Shown in pieces: positions 17,814-28,093 of a DNA stretch of 64,000 bases. The DNA comes from Candidatus Latescibacterota bacterium. GTDB taxonomy: Bacteria; Latescibacterota; UBA2968; SICM01. The stretch lies in NCBI GenBank assembly GCA_965217865.1, contig CBDCJO010000001.1, positions 1-64,000 on the forward strand, given 5' to 3'. The notes below the pieces were generated by a model. That model had not been told where the DNA came from. It did no database searches and was given only the letters and a program-made list of their open reading frames with translations. Each line of letters starts with the position of its first letter. Within the stretch, counting starts at the first letter, position 1. The position numbers were made by a program, and so were the translations under genes.

Positions 17814-20183
17814 GTGGATTTTTTCCATAAACCCTACTTTTCAACGATTCTTCCTTTGACCCAGCTCGTCGTCATAGCTGATGATTTCACAGGAGCCTGC
17901 GACACCGCGCTTCAGTTCGTCAAGAGAGGAATAAGGTCTGAAGTGCGTGTGTGGTCTGTCGAGACCCGGGATGAAGTGGCGGAGAAGGCCACCGCTCTGG
18001 TATTCGATGCGGAGACCCGCAGCCTCCCCGCGCCGCAGGCCTCCGAGCGAACCGTTGCCCTCTGCGACCGGATTCGAAAAATGAAACCCGGGTTGATCTA
18101 CAAGAAGATCGATTCCACGGTTCGAGGAAACATCGGTGCAGAACTGCGGGAGACCATCCGGAATTTGGGATCCGGCCTGTGCCTTATCGCCCCCGCGTTT
18201 CCGGCCACAGGGCGAACGACCGTCGGGGGTTATCAGCTCGTGAACGGGATACCGGTTTCGCGATCAGAGGCCGGAAGTGATCCGGTCACTCCAGTCCTTC
18301 GCTCATACCTGCCCGACCTTCTCGGCGCCCTGGGCACGGAACGCATACACGTCGTCGGCCTCGACGATGTGGCTGGAGGCGTGGACGAGATATCGCGAAT
18401 CCTGGAAAACCTGGCGCCCCGCATCCCCGTGGTGCTCGATGCTGCAACCGACGGGGATTTGGAGTCCATCGCGATGGCTGCCTCCCGTTTATCCCCCCGG
18501 CCCCTGGTTTGCGGGTCCGCCGGCCTGGCCGCGCATCTCCCTCAGGCATTCGGCCTCCACCCGGAGAGCCATATTCCTGTGCCCAATAAGGGAAAAAATG
18601 GGCCTGTGCTCGTTGTGATCGCCAGTCGAGCTTCGGCCAATCAGGACCAGGTTGCCCGTCTCTGTTCAAGACTTTCCGTCTACATTCACAGGGAACCCTT
18701 TGAGGCTTTGAGAATCGCAGATCCGGCCTCCGCAGAAAAGATTGTCTCCAATATACTCCCCCGGTTCAAGCAGGGAGCACCCGATGCCGTGATCTTAACC
18801 GTGGACCAGGCTCCCGGATCCGTCTCTGACCTTGATGGGGAGGCAATGTTGACCACCCTGGGAAGGATTTCTCGGGGGATTCTTGATCGCACAAAGGTAT
18901 CGGGATTGATCCTGACGGGTGGATGGACGGCCATTCACATCGTCCGGGAGCTCGGAGCCTGGGGGGCGGAGGTCTGTGCGGAGGTGGAGGCGGGAATCCC
19001 TCTTAGTCGACTCCGGGGGGGGCCCTACGATGGCCTGGGCATTGTGACCAAGGCAGGGGGATTCGGCGACTCGTCAACCCTTGTGCGGGCGACAGCTTGC
19101 TTGGTGGATCCTGAGTCAAATCGGATAGGGGCAGGAAATCTCGAACATTCAAGGGCAAGGACACACTTTCGTCCCCTGCTTGCGATTACCATGGGAGACG
19201 TCTCCGGGATCGGCCCGGAGGTAATCGCAAAGGCACTCTCGAAAGAAGAGACATATCGTCTCTGCAGGCCCCTCGTGATCGGCGGTCGTTCCTTCCTCGA
19301 AGAGGCGCTCAGGTTCGCGAGCCGCCGGCTTTCGATCCGGTCCGTATCTTCTCCTTCCGAGGGTGACTATGTCTCAGGGGTGGTGGACCTCCTCGAAACC
19401 GGTGGGCGAGATCCATCCGGAATTCAGGTAGGACAGGTCTCTCCGGAGGCGGGCAAGGCTGCTGTGGAATTCGTCTTTCGAGCCGCAGATCTGGCGATGT
19501 CCGAGGAGGTGGATGGCGTTGTGACAGCCCCCCTGAACAAGGAAGCCATGAACCAGGCAGGATTTAAGTACGCCGGCCATACCGAACTGCTTACGGAGCG
19601 GACGGGGTCGCCGACCTCTCGTATGATGCTTGCCATGGAAAATTTCAGGATCGTCCACGTGACGACGCACGTTGCCCTTCGAGACATTCTGCAGCTGGTC
19701 ACGGTAGAACGTATTCTGAAGACCTTCGAGCTTGCCCACCAGGCGCTCCTGGACCTGGGCGTCTATCGGCCGAAGATCGCCGTGGCCGGGATCAACCCCC
19801 ACTGCGGGGAAGGCGGGATGTTTGGGGATGAGGATTCGGGGATCGTTGCCCCGGCCGTGGAACGGGCTCGAAAGTTAGGATGGGATATCGTTGGGCCCGT
19901 CTCGCCCGACACCGTCTTTTTTCGAGCGTATCGAGGGGCCTTCGACGCGGTTACCGCGATCTACCACGACCAGGGTCATATTCCCATGAAGCTGGTCGGA
20001 TTTGCGGAAGCCGTGAACGTGACGCTCGGCCTTCCGATCGTCCGCACATCCGTGGACCACGGGACCGCCTTCGACATCGCGGGAAAGGGAGTGGCCGACG
20101 AGACGAACATGATCTCCGCAATCCGATTGGCCGCACGGTTGGCAATGGGGAGAAAGACCCGAGCGGAAGGCCGGGGATCGTGA
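17814..20183 (+). CDS. Four-carbon acid sugar kinase (DUF1537, DtnK/OtnK-like) fused to a PdxA-family dehydrogenase; true start possibly near 17856
   Basis: IADDFTGACD, YKKIDSTVRGN, PAFPATGRT, TKAGGFG, then ITMGDVSGIGPE, TAPLNKE, GHTE, NPHCGE, YHDQGHIP, RTSVDHGTAFDIAG. Confidence 0.9.
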   Translation: MDFFHKPYFSTILPLTQLVVIADDFTGACDTALQFVKRGIRSEVRVWSVETRDEVAEKATALVFDAETRSLPAPQASERTVALCDRIRKMKPGLIYKKIDSTVRGNIGAELRETIRNLGSGLCLIAPAFPATGRTTVGGYQLVNGIPVSRSEAGSDPVTPVLRSYLPDLLGALGTERIHVVGLDDVAGGVDEISRILENLAPRIPVVLDAATDGDLESIAMAASRLSPRPLVCGSAGLAAHLPQAFGLHPESHIPVPNKGKNGPVLVVIASRASANQDQVARLCSRLSVYIHREPFEALRIADPASAEKIVSNILPRFKQGAPDAVILTVDQAPGSVSDLDGEAMLTTLGRISRGILDRTKVSGLILTGGWTAIHIVRELGAWGAEVCAEVEAGIPLSRLRGGPYDGLGIVTKAGGFGDSSTLVRATACLVDPESNRIGAGNLEHSRARTHFRPLLAITMGDVSGIGPEVIAKALSKEETYRLCRPLVIGGRSFLEEALRFASRRLSIRSVSSPSEGDYVSGVVDLLETGGRDPSGIQVGQVSPEAGKAAVEFVFRAADLAMSEEVDGVVTAPLNKEAMNQAGFKYAGHTELLTERTGSPTSRMMLAMENFRIVHVTTHVALRDILQLVTVERILKTFELAHQALLDLGVYRPKIAVAGINPHCGEGGMFGDEDSGIVAPAVERARKLGWDIVGPVSPDTVFFRAYRGAFDAVTAIYHDQGHIPMKLVGFAEAVNVTLGLPIVRTSVDHGTAFDIAGKGVADETNMISAIRLAARLAMGRKTRAEGRGS

Positions 20184-20269
20184 CTCGTAATTCGTTATTC
20201 GGAGATCGTAAAATCGTGGAGCCCTTCGCTCAGCCGCAACCAAACCTCCTGCCCTATATGGCCAAGATT

Positions 20270-20379
20270 TGTGGGAACGGTCTCCAGGCCGGGAACTGAC
20301 GCCATAGGGCATGAATCCCTTAAACGGGGATTTTCCTTTTGGCTATTGCCCTTACCTCCGACTGGAGTCGGGTCCCACA
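20270..20379. repeat. REPIN-like inverted repeat pair
   Basis: TGTGGGAACGGTCTCCAGGCCGG ... CCGACTGGAGTCGGGTCCCACA (imperfect inverted arms). Confidence 0.6.
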
Positions 20380-20893
20380 ACTCTAAGGGTGTTTCCCATC
20401 ACCTATCCCGGGCTTCGCTTCTGCCACCCCTACTGCCTTTGCTTTCCTGGCACTGCCAACTGCTACTGTGTTCCTACGTCCAAATCAAGATACTCGACTT
20501 CTTTTTTTCGACTTTAATTCTCTCTAACCTCATATATTTAAAATAATTATTGTTCTCATTCAATTTTCCACGCGAGTGGAAAATTCGTTTGTGACACTCG
20601 ATTTGAATATCCCCCGACCTCCGACCTCTTACCCCTGCCATTGCATTTCCTGCCACTGCCAACTGCTTTCCATTTTGCATTTTTTCCTTGCTTTGCAATT
20701 TCCTCCCCAATGTCATCCTTGAGCGCGATACTACTTGAGTTAAGATCTGCCGCCGGACCTTGTGCGCGAAGGATCCCTTTTCCTTGATTACATAATTTGA
20801 TTTTAGATGATTAATCAAAAAAACAATAGGACTGAGTCTGACAGCCCTCAGTCCCGGATCTCCTTTCAAGGCCTTGCCCGTTGCAGGGTCTTT

Positions 20894-21331
20894 TTATATC
20901 TTCACCTTTCTGTCGATCGTGAAAATATTGTGATCCGTCTCCTGGATCGTCACTTCGATATCGTAGTCGATATCCTGGTCCGGATACTCCGACCTTATGG
21001 CTTGAACCACTTGATCCAAACAGTAGCGGGTAACGTTCTCCACGCTCGGATTATCCCCCGGGAGGAGGACCACCCCCTCCTGTTCGAACAACCCCGACCT
21101 GAGGAAGTCCTCGTCATTTTCGCACACCATAATCTTGTGGTCGAGGTGTCGAAAGATATCCTTGAGATGCCCGAAATCGATCGATAGATCGAGGGAATTC
21201 CGAGGAAACCGCTCGGTCTTCAGGATAATCGTTCCGATCCACGTGTGACCGTGCACGAACCGGCACTTGCCGTCGTAGCCCAACTGTCGATGGGCTGCGT
21301 GAAAGTCACTGTGGACTCGGATCGTCTCCAA
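20894..21331 (-). CDS. queD: 6-carboxytetrahydropterin synthase QueD / PTPS family
   Basis: FHAAH, CRFVHGH, IDFG..LDH, NPSVEN; probable TTG start at 21331 after GAGG. Confidence 0.8.
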   Translation of the reverse strand: METIRVHSDFHAAHRQLGYDGKCRFVHGHTWIGTIILKTERFPRNSLDLSIDFGHLKDIFRHLDHKIMVCENDEDFLRSGLFEQEGVVLLPGDNPSVENVTRYCLDQVVQAIRSEYPDQDIDYDIEVTIQETDHNIFTIDRKVKI

Positions 21332-21463
21332 TGAAACCTCTAACCTCTGACATCTTACCTTTTCAGTTTTCGTCTCACGTTTCACGGTATTTCAATCTTC
21401 AATTAATGTTAACCAACCCGCTCGCACCTGTCAAGCGCCTTCCCGGTCTTTCTGATGTTATCG

Positions 21464-22291
21464 CTACTGCCTGGCGAGACGGGAGTTCTCAGGATCCTCC
21501 TCAAAATTGGATCGATACGGATTGATATCCAGGCCGCCCCGTCGAGTATATCGGGCGTACACCGTCAACTTTTCCGGTTGACAGCGTCGTAAGATATCCA
21601 GAAACATCCGCTCTACACACGACTCCTGGAATTCACCGTGCTCCCGGTAGGAGATGATATACCGCAACAGGCCTTCGCGATCGATCTGCCTCCCGGCATA
21701 GTGGAACCAGATACTCCCCCAATCCGGTTGACCTGTAATCGGACAGTTCGACTTTAACAGGTTGGAGTAAAGCGACTCTTCGACCATCCGGCCGGCCGCC
21801 TTGAGGAACACTGGATCGACCGTATAAGTCTCGGCCGTAATATCCTGATGATCGATACAGATACCCGTCCAGCCCGATAACCCCCCTCCCTCAAACTGAT
21901 CTGCGTTTGATAAAGCCACCGCAACCTCGGATCTCGTCGCTCCGGACAGATCCTTCTTCAGCGCTTCCATGACTTCCTCACGATTCGAAAATTGGCTCTG
22001 GTTGAATGAATTCAAATAAAGCTTCAAAGACTTCGACTCAATCAGATGCATCGAGTCACACGGAATCCTGAACGCCCCCATAGCAACCTCCGGCTTCCCG
22101 TTCAGGTTCAACCACGACAATTCATAAGCGTTCCAGATATCACAACCCTGAAAGGGCAAGGCCTCCGGGACCCCGATCGCTTCTCGCTGAGCTTTCCGTG
22201 AAATCTGAAAAAGTAACCCCGGTGTATACGTATTCACAACGGGGGATTTCTTACCCAGAGGTGATTGGGTTAAAAAGTTGGGAGTGGACAT
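21464..22291 (-). CDS. queF: NADPH-dependent preQ0 reductase QueF, bimodular type
   Basis: DIWNAYELSWL, IESKSLKLYLNS, KSNCPITGQPDW, YTRRGGLDINP, RLARQ. Confidence 0.95.
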   Translation of the reverse strand: MSTPNFLTQSPLGKKSPVVNTYTPGLLFQISRKAQREAIGVPEALPFQGCDIWNAYELSWLNLNGKPEVAMGAFRIPCDSMHLIESKSLKLYLNSFNQSQFSNREEVMEALKKDLSGATRSEVAVALSNADQFEGGGLSGWTGICIDHQDITAETYTVDPVFLKAAGRMVEESLYSNLLKSNCPITGQPDWGSIWFHYAGRQIDREGLLRYIISYREHGEFQESCVERMFLDILRRCQPEKLTVYARYTRRGGLDINPYRSNFEEDPENSRLARQ

Positions 22292-22305
22292 ATCGGATAC
22301 TTACT

Positions 22306-22420
22306 TTGAATATTGAATATCGGAAAGTGGAATATTTGGACAACTGCTCTTTGCTTTTTCCTGCCACTGTCACCTGCTACTGCCTTTGCTTTTCCTGACC
22401 TCCGACCCCCGACCTCTTCA
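22306..22420. repeat. Intergenic composite repeat, copy 3 (core, GCCACT module, CCGACC arm)
   Basis: TTGAATATTGAATATCGGAAAGTGGAATATTT followed by TTTGCTTTTTCCTGCCACTGTCACCTGCTACTGCCTTTGC. Confidence 0.8.
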
Positions 22421-22423
22421 CTT

Positions 22424-23023
22424 TCATGCCGCTTTTTCCCGCACCATGGCCTCCAGTGCGATTCTTGGACAGATGTTCTCCCTGATGTAGTCGAACAGGT
22501 TCGTAGCGACACTTCGGATGCGGGCCTCAACCCTCTCATCCAGGCAGCGTCCGTCCTCATCGAAAAGATCCTGCACACCCGCCACCGAGACCGGTCCCGG
22601 CAGAACGATGGCCCCAACGTGGGAACAGACGCTGCGCAGGTGCTCCAGGGATTTGATAGCGCCGATCTGACCCGCGGCCACACCGAGCAAGGCCACCGGT
22701 TTACCCGAAAGCTCTGAGGGGAAACCCAGGTTTTCGATGACCAGCTTGATGACACTCGAAAAGCTGCCGTGGTATTCAGGTGTGGACAGAATGATACCGG
22801 TTGCACTGGAGACGAGATTCTGGAGCTCCTCTGTCTCGGCGGAGTCCTCGCCCATACCGGGAAGGGGCAGGGTCATCGCGGCGGGATCGACGATATGGAG
22901 ATTGATTTCCGGATTTTTTTGGATTTCGTCTACGACCAAAGCAAGCGCTTTGGAGGTATAGTTGTCCGGCCGGACACTGCCTTTGACAACCACTATTCGA
23001 ATACCATCTGTACATTCGTTCAT
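22424..23023 (-). CDS. NADPH-dependent FMN reductase
   Basis: GSVRP..YT, TPEYHGSFS, GKPVAL flavodoxin-like motifs. Confidence 0.85.
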   Translation of the reverse strand: MNECTDGIRIVVVKGSVRPDNYTSKALALVVDEIQKNPEINLHIVDPAAMTLPLPGMGEDSAETEELQNLVSSATGIILSTPEYHGSFSSVIKLVIENLGFPSELSGKPVALLGVAAGQIGAIKSLEHLRSVCSHVGAIVLPGPVSVAGVQDLFDEDGRCLDERVEARIRSVATNLFDYIRENICPRIALEAMVREKAA

Positions 23024-23309
23024 AAGCCATTCTCCTGTACGGGTTGACGAATATTAATGGTGATATGGACTGAACCCTTTTGAGGTTCTAAGGATCTCTT
23101 CAATCTTGATTTCCGTATCCCCTGTCCGAATTCTGCGCGCGCGCGCAGAATTGATACGGCCCGTTAGAATATAAGTGCTTAATATAATCGGATTTAACAC
23201 GATTTGTCGTCTCAGATGATAATACTAATTAGCAGCAAGCATCGATCTTCAATTTCCCTTTACCTCCGACCCCCGTTTCGGACCCTGTTGTTGTTGCTTA
23301 TCGCTTTCC

Positions 23310-23525
23310 GTCGGGAGAGATCCGACCTGAATCTGGAAGCCAGCTTCCAGCTGCTCCAACCTTGTCTATCTGCTTTCTGTGCCAAGAGATAACGATCGGT
23401 CTCCTCAGGAGTTTCATCATTGTCCGGTAGTGGCCCCAGGTCAATTTTGAACGCGCGTTCAAAATTGGAAAGGTAAGGAAAAACCCTGTCTCTGCTCAGG
23501 TGAGAATAGGTCGTTTTGCCATGAT
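23310..23525 (-). pseudogene. Degraded DUF1016/YhcG N-terminal-like fragment
   Basis: Manual translation across frames: HGKTTYSHLSRD / FFLTFPILNARSKLTWGHYRTMMK / DRYLLAQKADRQGWSSWKL, matching the LsW.HY..R..A..WS..L pattern. Confidence 0.55.
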
Positions 23526-23652
23526 AGCCTCCATGGATGGACCCCTAACCTCTGTTCACTCTCCTCCCGACCCTTGTCTCCCGACTACCGGTTTGGCTTC
23601 CTGATCCCTGACCTCCGGCCCTTGCCTTCGCTTTACCTGCCACTGCCACCTG

Positions 23653-24381
23653 CTACTGCCTTTGCTTTTCCAGTCCTCCGATCTCCGACCCCTCATACGC
23701 AATCGGATCTCTCGCGCGATTTGCCTTAAAGGCCTCAATCCGTTCGACACACGCATCGCACAACCCGCACGCAGGTCGTCTTCCTTCGTAACAGGTGTGC
23801 GTGACCTCGTACGGCACGCCCATCTTCAGCCCGATCCGGATAACCTCCTTCTTCCACATCGACGTAAAGGGCGAATGGATCCGCATCTCCCGATCGCGGG
23901 ATCCGCCCAGCGACAGGACTTTCTCCAGCCCATCGTAGAATTCCCTCCGGCAGTCCCGATAGGACCGATAATCGTCTTTCACGGCCGCGATATACAGGTC
24001 CCAAGCACCCAGCGACTCGGCGTGCGCTGCGGCCAGCGTGATCATCAGCATGTTCCGGAAAGGAACCACCGTACGTACCTGTTCGCCGTCCGAGGCCTTC
24101 GGTACGGTAAGCCGCGCTTCGGTCAACGGATTCCCCCCGAGCTGGTTCAAATCAAGTCGGATCACCTTATGCGATGCCGCCTCCGCGAGGGTTGAGAGCC
24201 TGGCGCTGAATTCCAACTCGACCCGGTGCCGCTGACCGTAATCGATGCTGACCGTGTGGATCTCCCGACATCCCTGTGACTTAACCCACCACAGACACGT
24301 AGAGGAATCCATGCCCCCGCTGAGTAAAACAACCGCCTTTTGATCATTTGAATTCATGAGATCTGATTCGGATAAGACCAA
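23653..24381 (-). CDS. queC: 7-cyano-7-deazaguanine synthase QueC, paralog 1
   Basis: LSGGMDS, YGQRH, VVPFRN, YRDCR, TCY..CGLCDAC. Confidence 0.85.
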   Translation of the reverse strand: MVLSESDLMNSNDQKAVVLLSGGMDSSTCLWWVKSQGCREIHTVSIDYGQRHRVELEFSARLSTLAEAASHKVIRLDLNQLGGNPLTEARLTVPKASDGEQVRTVVPFRNMLMITLAAAHAESLGAWDLYIAAVKDDYRSYRDCRREFYDGLEKVLSLGGSRDREMRIHSPFTSMWKKEVIRIGLKMGVPYEVTHTCYEGRRPACGLCDACVERIEAFKANRARDPIAYEGSEIGGLEKQRQ

Positions 24382-24402
24382 TCCTTCAAAAAAACCGGTT
24401 TA

Positions 24403-24462
24403 ACTTTGCAATTTTCACTTTGTATTTCCCTGACCTCTGACCTCTGACCTCTGACCTCTGAC
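24403..24462. repeat. Heptamer tracts (TTTGCA/TTTTCA-like, then four to five TGACCTC units)
   Basis: CCTGACCTCTGACCTCTGACCTCTGACCTCTGAC between the two queC genes. Confidence 0.85.
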
Positions 24463-24480
24463 GCTTCAATCGTCCATCGT

Positions 24481-25188
24481 CTAGGGTCCATCGTCAATAT
24501 ATACTACCGTGTCCCTCACTTCCGCTTCCCGAAACCCCTTCCTCCTGAGCTTACAGCTTTCGCACCGTCCGCACGCCAGATCCTCGCTCTCATAACACGA
24601 CCACGTGCGATCCAGCGGAGCCCCCAGTTCCACCCCCAGACGAACGATCTCGGCCTTCCTCATCTTCACCAAAGGCGCGACGACTTCGATCTTCGACTCG
24701 GGCCTCGTTCCCGCGGTGACCGCGCCGTTGAATGCGGCGATAAACTCCGGACTGCAGTCCGGATATCCCGACTCCGCTTCGACCCCCACAAAGACCTTTT
24801 CGGCGCCGATGACTTCCGCCCATGCAACCCCGACACAGAGGAGATGCGCGTTTCGGAACGGCACATAGGAGGTCGGAATCGCCTCCCGATCTGACATCGG
24901 ATCCGGCATCGGAATCGCCTTATCCGTTAGGCTCGACCCCCCGATGATGGCCAGAGACCTTGCCTCCACCACCAGCCGGCGCTTCGCATCGTAGAAATCC
25001 GCGATCGCTTCGAAAGCCCGGAGCTCTCTCCGCTCGGTCCTCTGTCCGTATCTGACGTGAAGAAAACAAACCTCGTGGTCCCGCGCAGCGATTGCCGCAG
25101 CCACGCAACTGTCCATCCCGCCGCTCACCACGGCAACGGCGCGGGGTCCTGCCAGGCCTTTATCATTCTGTTTGGTCATCAAAGACAA
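24481..25188 (-). CDS. queC: 7-cyano-7-deazaguanine synthase QueC, paralog 2
   Basis: VSGGMDS, YGQRT, SYVPFRN, GYPDC, TWSCY..CGRCESC. Confidence 0.9.
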   Translation of the reverse strand: MSLMTKQNDKGLAGPRAVAVVSGGMDSCVAAAIAARDHEVCFLHVRYGQRTERRELRAFEAIADFYDAKRRLVVEARSLAIIGGSSLTDKAIPMPDPMSDREAIPTSYVPFRNAHLLCVGVAWAEVIGAEKVFVGVEAESGYPDCSPEFIAAFNGAVTAGTRPESKIEVVAPLVKMRKAEIVRLGVELGAPLDRTWSCYESEDLACGRCESCKLRRKGFREAEVRDTVVYIDDGP

Positions 25189-25219
25189 ATTATCCCCCGG
25201 GTTCTACCCGGTCAAGCAC

Positions 25220-25250
25220 AAAAAAAGCCGGCCGCCGTAAGGCTGCCAGC
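25220..25250 (-). terminator. Rho-independent terminator after atpC
   Basis: GCTGGCAGCC-ttac-GGCGGCCGGC followed by T7 on the minus strand. Confidence 0.75.
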
Positions 25251-25277
25251 CACATGAAGTGCTCGGCGATTCCTGAC

Positions 25278-25679
25278 CTACAGGCGCTGAGAGATCCTCA
25301 GGCGATTTATCGCCCGCGCGAGGGCGGCTTCCGCCCGCGCCTGGTCGATCTCCGCAGATCGTTGCCTGGCCCGCTCCTTGGCCCGTTCCCTTGCCTGCTC
25401 CGCGCGCTCTGCGTCGATCTCCTCGGCGAATTCAGCGTTCTCCGCGAGCACAGTCACACCCGAGCGGAGGACTTCCACGAATCCCCCGCTGGTGGCCAGG
25501 TATTTGGAATCCCCCTCTTCCCGAATGATGATCTCCCCTACGGTCAGCGCAGTCAAATAAGGGATATGCCTTGCCAGGACGCCGAACCCCCCCTGAATCC
25601 CCGGGGCGCGAACGCCGGTCACCTCGCCTCTGTAGACCAGCCTTTGCGGAGTCACGATTTCCAGGTTGAACGTCGCCAC
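25278..25679 (-). CDS. atpC: ATP synthase epsilon subunit
   Basis: LEIVTP, GGFGVLARH, SGGFVEV, LARAINRL. Confidence 0.95.
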   Translation of the reverse strand: MATFNLEIVTPQRLVYRGEVTGVRAPGIQGGFGVLARHIPYLTALTVGEIIIREEGDSKYLATSGGFVEVLRSGVTVLAENAEFAEEIDAERAEQARERAKERARQRSAEIDQARAEAALARAINRLRISQRL

Positions 25680-25681
25680 GC

Positions 25682-27076
<1,395 letters not shown>

Positions 27077-27143
27077 TCAATCCCTCTCGATGGTTTTCTC
27101 ATTTTGAACTTTCCGTTTTCCATTTTCCACTTTGCAATTTCCC

Positions 27144-28013
27144 TTACCCTTTCAGTGCCTCCGCCCCTCCGACGATCTCCGAGATCTCCCGGGTAATTGT
27201 CGCCTGCCGGACCTGATTCCGGACCAGCGTCAGATTATCCACCAGCTCCCGGGCGTTTTTGGTCGCATTCTCCATCGCCGTCATCCGGGCGGCCTGCTCC
27301 GAGGCGTTGGATTCGAGCAGGACCTGCCAGATCTGGACATTCAGGTGACGCGGGAGAAGCGTATCCAGGAGTTCCTTCTGGGAAGGTTCGTAGAGATAGT
27401 CGGTGAACATACCCTCTTCATCCGGTGGCTCGGGAATCACGGGAAGGAACGGAATGCATAGGAGATTCTGTTGAAGGACCGACTTGAATTCATTGTAAAT
27501 GACTTCTACACGGTCTACATCCAGCTGGGTGTAAAGATAGATGATTTCTTTCACGATAGTCTGGGCGTGATGGAAATCCAGATGGCCGAAAATGTTGATC
27601 TGTTCTCCGAGAATCGTATAATCTCGACGCGCAAAAAAATCCCGTCCCTTCCTGCCCACGCAGACAAGGCTGACGTCCGCTCCCTGTTCCTGGTAGGACT
27701 TGCATTGTTCTACCGCCCGCCGGATGACGTTGCTGTTGAAGCTTCCGCAGAGCCCCCTGTCCGAGGTGACCACGAGCAGGCAAACGTGTGTGAGCTCTCG
27801 ATCGATCAAAAGAGGATGATCGCTCGCCTCCGAAAGCGACACGACGTGCCTCAACAGTTTATCCATCTTTCGGGAATACGGTCGCGCCGCCATCATGTTC
27901 TCCTGAGATCGACGCATCCTAGCTGCGGCCACCATCCTCATGGCGTTGGTGACCTGTTGAATGTTGCTGACGCTGGCGATGCGCCGTCTCAGCATTCTCA
28001 GGTTCGGCATCAA
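27144..28013 (-). CDS. atpG: ATP synthase gamma subunit
   Basis: TSDRGLCGSFN, SEQAARMTAM, RQATITREISEIVGGA. Confidence 0.97.
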   Translation of the reverse strand: MMPNLRMLRRRIASVSNIQQVTNAMRMVAAARMRRSQENMMAARPYSRKMDKLLRHVVSLSEASDHPLLIDRELTHVCLLVVTSDRGLCGSFNSNVIRRAVEQCKSYQEQGADVSLVCVGRKGRDFFARRDYTILGEQINIFGHLDFHHAQTIVKEIIYLYTQLDVDRVEVIYNEFKSVLQQNLLCIPFLPVIPEPPDEEGMFTDYLYEPSQKELLDTLLPRHLNVQIWQVLLESNASEQAARMTAMENATKNARELVDNLTLVRNQVRQATITREISEIVGGAEALKG

Positions 28014-28093
28014 TCGCTCCGATAAATCGGGCTAACTTCAAACGAATCACGAATCATGATCCACGTTTTTCCCGTCTCACGTTTCACGTGTTT

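Noticed and set aside
20894-21464. preQ1 riboswitch near the que genes
   Set aside because: No recognisable preQ1 aptamer was seen by eye upstream of queC, queF or queD; an Infernal search would be needed.
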